Below are positions 7,053-14,829 of a DNA stretch of 41,969 nucleotides, piece after piece. The first letter of the stretch is position 1, and the number at the start of each line of letters is the position of its first letter. The translations under genes were made by a program, and so were the position numbers. This DNA is from a virus: IMG/VR virus record IMGVR_UViG_3300021961_000005; one strand, given 5' to 3'. The notes beneath the pieces were generated by a model. The model ran no database searches. It was given only the letters and a program-made list of their open reading frames with translations, and had not been told where the DNA came from.

Positions 7053-7209
7053 CCGCCCGCACAAGTGGGGCCCGCCGCTGCCGGGGCAGGGCGCAGAGCA
7101 GATCTGCACCAAGTGCGGGGCACGGTACTCAGCAGCGCCAGAGCAATGCTCAGGCGGGCATCCTGCAGCGATCACGGAGACGGTGCACGATTATGACCCG
7201 CTCGCGTGA
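7030..7209 (+). CDS. Possible small Cys-containing protein (59 aa, below ORF-track cutoff)
   Basis: GGAGGA lies 6 nt upstream of the ATG at 7030. Translation is MTNTAYTSRPHKWGPPLPGQGAEQICTKCGARYSAAPEQCSGGHPAAITETVHDYDPLA. It overlaps both neighbours. Confidence 0.3.
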   Translation: MTNTAYTSRPHKWGPPLPGQGAEQICTKCGARYSAAPEQCSGGHPAAITETVHDYDPLA

Positions 7210-7378
7210 TCTCTGGATCGAGGTTCCAGAGATTGATGATGCCGTGCTCATGATCGAAACCAACGACGCCGGGGGGCCGCCTGTCCTCTGGCTGGAGCGC
7301 GACCAAGACCCAGAGCCGTGGATCTTCAACTGGGGCGCAGGCCGCTACGAGCGCGCCGCCCGCGTGATCATCAAATGA
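7193..7378 (+). CDS. Hypothetical protein (61 aa)
   Basis: ORF with natural acidic composition. Its stop forms an ATGA overlap with the terL start. Confidence 0.45.
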   Translation: MTRSRDLWIEVPEIDDAVLMIETNDAGGPPVLWLERDQDPEPWIFNWGAGRYERAARVIIK

Positions 7379-8856
7379 CCGACCTTGCAGACGCCAACAG
7401 ACAGATCGCAGACGAGATGGCAGCCTGCTACGCTGACCCGCTACGGCATGTGCTGGTCAGTTATCCGTGGGGCAGCGGGCAGCTCAAGGGGCGCACGGGG
7501 CCGCAGGGCTGGCAGAAGGATCTGCTGCTCGATCTGGCAGAAGAGATCAAGGCGCGCGGCTTCGACGGCACCAGTCCCGTCGCACCCATCCAGTTCAGCA
7601 CCGCATCGGGCCACGGCATCGGCAAGTCGGCGATCGTGGCGTGGCTGATCCGCTGGATCATGGACACGCGGCCTTTCGCCAAGGGCGTGGTCACCGCCAA
7701 CACAGGCGAACAGCTCCGCACCAAGACGTGGTCAGAGCTTGCCAAGTGGCACGGCATGGGTCTGACGCAGCACTGGTACACGCTCAACAGCGGTGCCGGG
7801 TCGCTGAACATGTACCACAACGACTTCCGCGAGACGTGGCGCGTCGACGCTCTGACCAGCCGGGAGGAGAACAGCGAGGCCTTCGCAGGCCTGCACGCAG
7901 CCAACAGCACCCCGTTCTACATCTTCGACGAGGCATCAGCCGTGCCGGATCGGATCTACGAGGTGCGCGAGGGCGGCCTGACCGACGGCGAGCCCATGAC
8001 CTTCGACTTCGGCAACCCGACGCGGAACAGCGGGCGCTTCTACCAGAACATGGTGGGCCGGTTCCGCAACAACTTCATCCGTCGCTTCATCGACAGCCGA
8101 GACGTGGAGCAGACCAACAAGGAGCTGTTTGACCAGTGGGCAAAGGACTACGGCGAGGACAGCGACTTCTTCAAGGTGCGCGTGCGTGGCATGTTCCCGG
8201 ACGCTGGATCGTTGCAGTTCATCAGCGTTGGCGATGTCGAGAAGTGCATCGATCTCGAGGTGTTCGTCGGTCCCAGTGAGCCTCTGGTCATGGGCGTCGA
8301 CGTCGCCCGGTTCGGCGATGACAGCAGCGTGATTTACCTGCGGCAGGGCCGCGACGCCGAGAGCCAAGGCTTCCACATCTACCAGCAGATCGACACGATG
8401 ACGCTGGCAGCCGAGGTGTCACGCATCGCCAACGAGACGCGGCCCGATGCGATCATGGTCGACGGCGGGGGCGTCGGTGGGCCTGTGGTCGATCGCCTGC
8501 GCCAGCTCGGGCACGATGTGATCGAGGTCAACTTCGGCAGCAAGGCGACGCAGAAGGGCTATGCCAACATGCGGGCGCAGATGTGGGGCAACCTGCGCGA
8601 CGCCATCAAGCAGGGCATCCGCCTGCCAGACGACGAGGATCTCAAGACCGACCTGACCGGCGTCGAGTACGGTTACAACCTGCGAAACGAGATCCAGCTC
8701 GAGCGCAAGGAGGACATGAAGAAGCGCGGCCTGAGCAGCCCAGACATGGCTGACGCGCTCGCTTTGACCTACGCCCTGCCGGTGCATCACTCGGCCCGGT
8801 CAGGCTACGACGGTGCCAATTATCAGCAGGCGCAGCACGAGTACGACCCGTTCTGA
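7375..8856 (+). CDS. terL: Terminase large subunit
   Basis: Walker A is TASGHGIGKS and Walker B is FYIFDEAS. RNase H-like nuclease motifs are MGVDVARFGDD and MVDGGGVG. Start taken at MTDLADAN (7375). Confidence 0.9.
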   Translation: MTDLADANRQIADEMAACYADPLRHVLVSYPWGSGQLKGRTGPQGWQKDLLLDLAEEIKARGFDGTSPVAPIQFSTASGHGIGKSAIVAWLIRWIMDTRPFAKGVVTANTGEQLRTKTWSELAKWHGMGLTQHWYTLNSGAGSLNMYHNDFRETWRVDALTSREENSEAFAGLHAANSTPFYIFDEASAVPDRIYEVREGGLTDGEPMTFDFGNPTRNSGRFYQNMVGRFRNNFIRRFIDSRDVEQTNKELFDQWAKDYGEDSDFFKVRVRGMFPDAGSLQFISVGDVEKCIDLEVFVGPSEPLVMGVDVARFGDDSSVIYLRQGRDAESQGFHIYQQIDTMTLAAEVSRIANETRPDAIMVDGGGVGGPVVDRLRQLGHDVIEVNFGSKATQKGYANMRAQMWGNLRDAIKQGIRLPDDEDLKTDLTGVEYGYNLRNEIQLERKEDMKKRGLSSPDMADALALTYALPVHHSARSGYDGANYQQAQHEYDPF

Positions 8857-8869
8857 AGCCGATCTCGAC

Positions 8870-9295
8870 ATGTCAAGCCCAGTCGTGTACATTCGCGGTA
8901 TGACAGATGCGCTCGTGATCTTTGAACACAACAACCTGCACCCGCTCAGCCACCTGCTGAAGCGTGGGTATCGGCACGTCTGGTGCGCGGTGATCGACGA
9001 GCGCAGCCACTCGTGGGTCGGTCACGATCTGCGGCTTTCAGGCCATGTGACCACAGTCCTGTGCGAGCCGGATTATCCGCTTGTCCAGTACCTGCGCGAC
9101 CAAGGCAAAGAGGTCATCTCCATCAAACGCAATGCCCGGCGCACGCTTGGGCCGTTCATCCTGAACAACTGCGTCGGCTTGACCAAATCCATCTGCGGCA
9201 TCAGATCCTTGGCATTGACGCCTTGGCAGCTACGTCAGCAGCTTATCAAAACCCAATCGGGAGACATCGCATGTCACGCATCGCCCTCTACCTGA
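8870..9295 (+). CDS. Hypothetical protein (141 aa) with His-box / NC-like motifs
   Basis: ORF between terL and portal with no clear SD, so the start is uncertain. RHVWCAVID and LNNCVGLTK are spaced about 80 aa apart. Confidence 0.5.
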   Translation: MSSPVVYIRGMTDALVIFEHNNLHPLSHLLKRGYRHVWCAVIDERSHSWVGHDLRLSGHVTTVLCEPDYPLVQYLRDQGKEVISIKRNARRTLGPFILNNCVGLTKSICGIRSLALTPWQLRQQLIKTQSGDIACHASPST

Positions 9296-9525
9296 CCCTG
9301 CCCGGCTTCGGCGGCGGCAGCGCTCCGCCCCCACCTGCACCGCCTGCGGCACCACCGCCCGCATCGACGATGCAGGACGCAGCATCGAGCCGCGCCCGAG
9401 CTGACGCCAGCCGTCGAGGTCGCGTGCAGCAAGGCGTCGGCGGCAGCATTCGCAACGTCGGTGGCGCGCAGGGCCTGAGCGTCAGCGACACCCAGCGTGC
9501 ACTCAAATCTCTCACGGGGCAGTAA
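9271..9525 (+). CDS. Pro-rich small protein (84 aa)
   Basis: GGGAGA lies 6 nt upstream of the ATG at 9271. Translation starts MSRIALYLTLPGFGGGSAPPPPAPPAAPPPAS. Position just before the portal gene. Confidence 0.5.
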   Translation: MSRIALYLTLPGFGGGSAPPPPAPPAAPPPASTMQDAASSRARADASRRGRVQQGVGGSIRNVGGAQGLSVSDTQRALKSLTGQ

Positions 9526-9628
9526 TGGCACAGCAACGCACAAACGCAGCGATCGCAGAGCGAGCCAAGGCGCAGGACACTACGCCACCGCCGCCCAAGC
9601 CATCGCTGTCGGCACAGTAGGGACGACC

Positions 9629-11368
9629 ATGGTAGCGCAGACCCCCGAGAACCTGATGAACAGCTCCCTGAAGGGGAAGCGCGGCGCGATCTTTTTGCGT
9701 TGGAAACGGCTTGAAGACGACCGATCGAGCTGGCGGTCTCACTGGATCGAGATCTCGGACTACCTGATCCCGCGCCGGGGCCGGTACCTGATCGAAAGCC
9801 AGAACAGCAAGGGCCGCAAGCGCAGCACCAAGATCGTCGACAACACCGGCGGCCAAGCGCTTCGCACGCTCTCAGCTGGCATGATGAGCGGCATGACCAG
9901 CCCGGCACGTCCGTGGTTCCGGCTGCAGACGCCAGACCCGGATCTGATGGACGGGCAGGGCGTCAAGGCTTGGCTGGGGCAGGTCGAGCGCATCATCCGC
10001 ACGATCCTGACCCGCTCCAATTTCTACAACAGCGCGTCGACCGTCTACACCGAGCTGGGTGCTTTCGGCACCGCAGCCCTGTACCGTCGACGCCACCCAA
10101 CCGACACCGTCGTATTCCGCCCATTCACTGCTGGAGAGTACGTCATCGCCGAGGACGAATACGGCAACGTCGATACGCTCGGTCGCGAGTTCACCATGAG
10201 CGTTTCGCAGGTGGTGGAGCAGTTCGTGATCAACAAGATCGACGGCAGCGAAGACTGGTCGAACGTCTCGCGCACCGTCAAGCGCCTGTGGGACCAGAAG
10301 AACTACGACGAGCGCATCGAGATCATCCACCTGATCCAGCCTCGGCGCATGGAAGATCGCGACCTGACCCGACCGCTGGACCCCAAGAACAAGCAGTTCA
10401 TGGACGTCTACATGGAGAAGGGCGCAGACGGCGACAAGCTACTGCAAGAGGGGGGCTTCGACCGCTTCCCTGCCTACTGCCCGCGCTGGGATGTGCTGGG
10501 CGGCGACGTGTACGGCGTCAGCCCCGGCATGGAGTACCTCGGCGACATCAAGCAGCTGCAGCACGAGCAGAAGCGCAAGGCGCAGGCGATCGACAAGATG
10601 GTCAATCCGCCGATGGTCGGCAGCCTGAGCCTGAAGGGCAAGCCATCAACGGTTCTGCCGGGTGGCACGACCTACGTCGATCCGCAGCAGGGCAGCCAAG
10701 GCTTCCAGCCTGCCTACCTTGTGCAGCCTCGCGTCAACGAGCTGATGATGGACATCCAAGAGGTGCAGAACCGCATCCAGCGTGGCTTCTACGCTGACCT
10801 GTTCGCGATGATGATCAACAGCGATCGGCGCATGATGACCGCGACCGAGGTGGCAGAGCGCCACGAAGAAAAGCTCGTGTTGCTGGGCCCGGTGCTGCAG
10901 CGCCTGAACACGGAGTTACTCGACCCGCTGATTGAGGACGTGTTTATGTTTGCGCTCGAAGCAGGCATGCTGCCACCGCCCCCGCCCGTGCTCGAGGGCG
11001 TTGACCTAGACGTCAAGTACATCTCGCTGCTGGCACAGGCGCAGGAGGCGGTCGCCGCTGCCTCGATCGAGCGCACCTTTGCGTTTGCGGGCAACCTGAC
11101 TGCCGTGTTCCCGGACATCGTCGACAACCTCAACGCCGACGAAGCCATCCGCAATTACGGCGATATCCTCGGCACCAGCCCAGAGCTCCTGCGCGACGCA
11201 GACGCGGTGGCGCAGATCCGTCAGCAGCGCGCGCAAGCGCAGCAGCAAGAGCAGCAGATGATGCAGCTGCAGCAGGGCGCACAGGCAGCCAAGGTGCTGT
11301 CTGAGGCTGACACCCAGAACCCGAATGCCCTGACGGCACTGCTGCAAGGAGGCGGGCAAAGCATATGA
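9629..11368 (+). CDS. Portal (head-to-tail connector) protein, T7 gp8-like
   Basis: The N-terminal pattern RWKRLEDDRSSWRSHWIEISDYLIPRRG is typical of the podoviral head-tail connecting protein family. It is 579 aa, has a Q-rich C-terminal tail and follows terL. Confidence 0.82.
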   Translation: MVAQTPENLMNSSLKGKRGAIFLRWKRLEDDRSSWRSHWIEISDYLIPRRGRYLIESQNSKGRKRSTKIVDNTGGQALRTLSAGMMSGMTSPARPWFRLQTPDPDLMDGQGVKAWLGQVERIIRTILTRSNFYNSASTVYTELGAFGTAALYRRRHPTDTVVFRPFTAGEYVIAEDEYGNVDTLGREFTMSVSQVVEQFVINKIDGSEDWSNVSRTVKRLWDQKNYDERIEIIHLIQPRRMEDRDLTRPLDPKNKQFMDVYMEKGADGDKLLQEGGFDRFPAYCPRWDVLGGDVYGVSPGMEYLGDIKQLQHEQKRKAQAIDKMVNPPMVGSLSLKGKPSTVLPGGTTYVDPQQGSQGFQPAYLVQPRVNELMMDIQEVQNRIQRGFYADLFAMMINSDRRMMTATEVAERHEEKLVLLGPVLQRLNTELLDPLIEDVFMFALEAGMLPPPPPVLEGVDLDVKYISLLAQAQEAVAAASIERTFAFAGNLTAVFPDIVDNLNADEAIRNYGDILGTSPELLRDADAVAQIRQQRAQAQQQEQQMMQLQQGAQAAKVLSEADTQNPNALTALLQGGGQSI

Positions 11369-11658
11369 CGTACGACGCATCAGATCCGATACAGGTCGCC
11401 AAGGCTGAGAAGGAAGAGGCCGATCGCCAGCGCGATCTGGACTACGTCCTGAAGGAGCCGCGTGGGCGGCGCTTCCTGTACGAGGTGATCTATGGTACAT
11501 GTCATGTAGGGCGGCTAAGTCACATCCCGGGCGACAGTGACAGCACTGCCTTTAACGAAGGGGCCAGATCCGTGGGCGAGGCGCTGTTGGACCAGCTCCG
11601 CACACAGGCGAAGGCCAAGTACATGCTGATGCTCGAAGAGAACCACTTCGGCGATTAG
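11365..11658 (+). CDS. Small conserved head-module protein (Bbp19-like?)
   Basis: ATGA overlap with the portal stop. The FNEGARSVGEALL motif resembles Bbp19-type phage proteins (from memory). Confidence 0.5.
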   Translation: MTYDASDPIQVAKAEKEEADRQRDLDYVLKEPRGRRFLYEVIYGTCHVGRLSHIPGDSDSTAFNEGARSVGEALLDQLRTQAKAKYMLMLEENHFGD

Positions 11659-11675
11659 GAAGAGAGGAAGAACCG

Positions 11676-12341
11676 ATGACTGAAGAGACCACAGGCGATC
11701 TAATCGCCGACACCACAGAAACAACCGAAGCCACGGCAGCTGACACCACCGCTGCTGATGGCACGACGCTTGCTGATGCAGGCGCAACAGATGCCGCCGA
11801 TCTGCTGTCGGACGACGAGAGCGGTGGAAGTGAAGGCGTACCGGAAACGTACGCTTTCGAGCCGCCCGAAGGGGTCACCATTGATGATGACACCAAGGGC
11901 AAGATTGAGGCGTTTGCCGAGCAGGCAAAAGAGATGGGGCTGACGCAGAAACAGTATCAGTCGCTGATCGAGTACGACCTCAATCGGGCGCAGCAGCTGA
12001 ACGACACGGCTGTTGAGAGCTGGAACGGAAGGGTCGAAGACTGGCGCAAGAGTGCCAAAACCGACAAGGAGATCGGCGGCGAAAAGTTTGCCGAGAACCT
12101 CAAGGTCGCGGACAATGCAGTCAAGCAGTTCGGTGATCCCGACCTGCGTGCGCTGCTCAAGTCACCCAGTGCAGACAACCCGAACGGGCTGGCAATCGGC
12201 AATCACCCTGCCGTGCTGCGCTTCCTGAACCGCGTGGGCAAAGCAATCGCTGATCCGAACCTCCTGCAGGGCGACGCCGCTCCGCAGACTGAGGGGACGC
12301 TGAAGCGGATGTACCCGTCCATGTTTGATAAATCGGCGTAA
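11676..12341 (+). CDS. Scaffolding protein
   Basis: Very acidic T/D/E/A-rich N-terminus and a helical remainder. It lies between the portal and major capsid genes. Confidence 0.65.
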   Translation: MTEETTGDLIADTTETTEATAADTTAADGTTLADAGATDAADLLSDDESGGSEGVPETYAFEPPEGVTIDDDTKGKIEAFAEQAKEMGLTQKQYQSLIEYDLNRAQQLNDTAVESWNGRVEDWRKSAKTDKEIGGEKFAENLKVADNAVKQFGDPDLRALLKSPSADNPNGLAIGNHPAVLRFLNRVGKAIADPNLLQGDAAPQTEGTLKRMYPSMFDKSA

Positions 12342-12358
12342 CAGAAGGAGGGCCCAAC

Positions 12359-13357
12359 ATGGCCACACTTGGCGTCAAAAACCCAACCCTCGCAGACCTC
12401 GCGAAGGTTACCGATCCTAATGGCTCCATTGCGGACGTCATCGAGATCCTGAACGAGACCAACGAAATCCTTGCGGACATGACTTGGCTCGAAGGCAACC
12501 TGACAACCGGTCACCGGTCGTCGATCCGTTCGGGTCTCCCGACCCCGACTTGGCGTAAGCTCTACGGCGGCGTTCAGCCGACCAAGAGCCGTGCGGTCCA
12601 AGTGACGGACAGCTGCGGCATGCTGGAAGACTATGCGGAGGTCGACAAGGCCCTCGTTGATATGGCGGGTGACCCTGCCATGTTCCGGCTGCAGGAAGAT
12701 CGCCCCCACATCGAGGGCATGAACCAAGAGATCGCTGATACCCTCTTCTACGGTGACGAGACCACCGCACCTGAAGAGTTCACCGGTTTCGCTCCTCGCT
12801 ACAATGACAAGTCGGCTGAGAATGGCGACAACATCATCGACGCGGCGGGCACGGGTTCGGACAACGCCTCGATCTGGCTGATCTGCTGGTCGCCCAACAC
12901 CTGCCACGGCATTGTGCCGAAGGGCTCGACTGCTGGTCTCCAGCAGCGCGATCTGGGTGAAGTGACCATCGAAGATGCCGACGGCAACAACGGTCGCATG
13001 CAAGCGTACCGTACGCACTACCGCTGGGATGCTGGCCTCTGTGTCCGCGACTGGCGCTATGCTGTACGCATCGCCAACATCGATCGCTCGCTGCTGACCT
13101 CGGATCTCACCTCTGGTGCTGATCTGAACGACCTGATGCACCGTGCTGTCACCGAGATCCCGAACCCCTCGTTCGGGCGCTGCGCGTGGTACATGGACAA
13201 GCAGGTTCTCGGCTTCCTGCGTCGTCAGACTGCCGAGAAGGTCTCCAACTCGACCCTGACCACTGAAATGGTTGGCGGCACGATGCAGACCTCGTGGGGT
13301 GGCTATCCGATCCGTCGGTGCGATGCCCTGTCCATCAACGAAGCTCGCGTAGTGTGA
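12359..13357 (+). CDS. Major capsid protein (HK97-fold type)
   Basis: 332 aa, strong AAGGAGG SD, positioned after the scaffold gene. The highly biased codon usage suggests high expression. It is followed by a decoration gene and a terminator hairpin. Confidence 0.8.
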   Translation: MATLGVKNPTLADLAKVTDPNGSIADVIEILNETNEILADMTWLEGNLTTGHRSSIRSGLPTPTWRKLYGGVQPTKSRAVQVTDSCGMLEDYAEVDKALVDMAGDPAMFRLQEDRPHIEGMNQEIADTLFYGDETTAPEEFTGFAPRYNDKSAENGDNIIDAAGTGSDNASIWLICWSPNTCHGIVPKGSTAGLQQRDLGEVTIEDADGNNGRMQAYRTHYRWDAGLCVRDWRYAVRIANIDRSLLTSDLTSGADLNDLMHRAVTEIPNPSFGRCAWYMDKQVLGFLRRQTAEKVSNSTLTTEMVGGTMQTSWGGYPIRRCDALSINEARVV

Positions 13358-13378
13358 GCTTGAGAAAGGAGATCAGAC

Positions 13379-13846
13379 ATGATCCTCGATGAACTTCTTG
13401 AGTTCGCCGATGCGACCAGCGTTGCGGCAGCCGCCGGAACCGCCCTCATCGGTGACGTCATCAACCTGCAGGAAGCCCGGGACATCGGCAACGGTGAACC
13501 GATCTACCTCGTGATCCAGTGCGCGACCTCGATCATCACCGGCGGCTCTGCCGGTACGATCAAGTTCCAGCTCGCGTCGGATGCACAGGCAGCCATCGCC
13601 ACCGATGGTTCCGCCACCGTGCACTTCGACACTGGCACCTTCGTCACCGACGGTGACGACGCCAACGCTCTGGATGCTGGTGCCACCATCGCAGCCTTTG
13701 CGCTGCCGATGGCGGGGAATGCTTACGAGCAGTACCTCGGCATCCTGTGCACTGTCGGCACGACCACCGTGACTGCGGGCGCGATCAACGCCTTCATCAC
13801 GAAAGATGTGTCGAAGTGGAAGGCCTATCCTGACGGCCAGAACTAA
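13379..13846 (+). CDS. Capsid decoration/cement protein (Bbp16-like?)
   Basis: 155 aa, rich in predicted beta strands. It lies immediately after the capsid gene with a strong AAGGAG SD. The resemblance to the Bordetella BPP-1 cement protein family is from memory. Confidence 0.5.
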   Translation: MILDELLEFADATSVAAAAGTALIGDVINLQEARDIGNGEPIYLVIQCATSIITGGSAGTIKFQLASDAQAAIATDGSATVHFDTGTFVTDGDDANALDAGATIAAFALPMAGNAYEQYLGILCTVGTTTVTAGAINAFITKDVSKWKAYPDGQN

Positions 13847-13852
13847 GACCTC

Positions 13853-13874
13853 GGCGGGGCCTCCGGGCCCCGCC
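13853..13874 (+). terminator. GC-rich hairpin after the capsid/cement genes (attenuator-type terminator candidate)
   Basis: GGCGGGGCC / TCCG / GGCCCCGCC gives a 9-bp all-GC stem, followed by only TT. Confidence 0.45.
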
Positions 13875-13902
13875 TTCACCATCCTAGGAAGAGGATACCC
13901 AC

Positions 13903-14226
13903 ATGCCTATCAACGTACGTTTCGACAAAGTCGGCTTCTACCACCCCGCCTACGGGCGCATGGGTCGCGGAAAGAATGCCGGTCGCGTCTACACCCTGCC
14001 TGATTTCTTCATGACCGAAGGCAAGCTCCCCCTGTCCGCTGAGATCATCGAGGACAAAGAGAAGCTCGCCGAGATCCTCGAAGAAGAGAACCAGCCCCGC
14101 CCGATCAAGCCAAAGGTGGTCGACGAAGAGCAGCTCAAGCGCTCCGAACAGGCCTCGACATCTTCGGTGTCCAGCAACCGGCGTCCACCGGTGCGTTCGC
14201 GCCGCAAACCCAGCTCCGAGGAATAA
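13903..14226 (+). CDS. Hypothetical protein (107 aa) with basic C-terminal tail
   Basis: ORF with GGAAGAGGA upstream and natural composition. Confidence 0.6.
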   Translation: MPINVRFDKVGFYHPAYGRMGRGKNAGRVYTLPDFFMTEGKLPLSAEIIEDKEKLAEILEEENQPRPIKPKVVDEEQLKRSEQASTSSVSSNRRPPVRSRRKPSSEE

Positions 14227-14229
14227 GCT

Positions 14230-14826
14230 ATGAGCTCCGAAGTCCAGATCGCGCGCCTTGCTCTCCAGCACCTTGGTGATCGTTTCGACATCACGTCGCT
14301 GGATGAAGCCACGCCGGAGGCCGAGCAGGTCAAGCTCGTCTTCGACAATGTGCGCGACATGGTTCTTCGAGAGCACCCATGGAAATTCGCCCGTAAATAC
14401 ACGACGCCTGCCGCATTGGCTGGCGTCGTGCCGGGCAACTGGGACTACATGTTCACCTACCCAAGCGACGCCCTGCGGGTCATCCGCATCGTCAATCCGC
14501 TGGGCGACAACCAGCCGCCCATCCGGTTCGAGGTCGCGCGCAACAGCGCCGACGTGCACGTCATCCTGTGCAACGAGAGCGAACCGACCCTTGAATACAC
14601 CAAGCAGGTCACCGACCCGCAGCAGTTCGACCCACAGTTCGTCACCGCTCTGGCGTATCGCATCGCCCAGTACATCGCGATGCCGATCACCGGTGACCGT
14701 TCGATCATGTCCGACATGAAGACCCTTGCTGACCTCGAGGTCGGGAAGGCACAGGCAACCGATGCCAACGAAGGGTTCGAAGCGGTACGCCCTGCCGAAG
14801 CAACTTGGATCACCGCGAGGAATTGA
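14230..14826 (+). CDS. Head-tail adaptor / tail tubular protein A (T7 gp11-like)
   Basis: The N-terminal pattern IARLALQHLGDRFDITSLDE...VFDNVRDMVLREHPWKFA is characteristic of gp11-type adaptors. It lies directly before the nozzle gene. Confidence 0.65.
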   Translation: MSSEVQIARLALQHLGDRFDITSLDEATPEAEQVKLVFDNVRDMVLREHPWKFARKYTTPAALAGVVPGNWDYMFTYPSDALRVIRIVNPLGDNQPPIRFEVARNSADVHVILCNESEPTLEYTKQVTDPQQFDPQFVTALAYRIAQYIAMPITGDRSIMSDMKTLADLEVGKAQATDANEGFEAVRPAEATWITARN

Positions 14827-14829
14827 TGC

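Noticed and set aside
6264-7175. 303-aa minus-strand ORF across the RuvC/TerS region, and similar long antisense ORFs at 3768..4631, 12203..13141, 13876..14559 and 15868..16551
   Set aside because: All are antisense to genes with clear family motifs, are R/P/A/G-rich, and lack start-site signals. They are typical GC-rich shadow frames.
9526-9621. 31-codon ORF (MAQQRTNAAIAERAKAQDTTPPPPKPSLSAQ) between the Pro-rich protein and the portal start
   Set aside because: It is too short and has no clear SD. It cannot be distinguished from a 5-prime leader of the portal gene without expression data.
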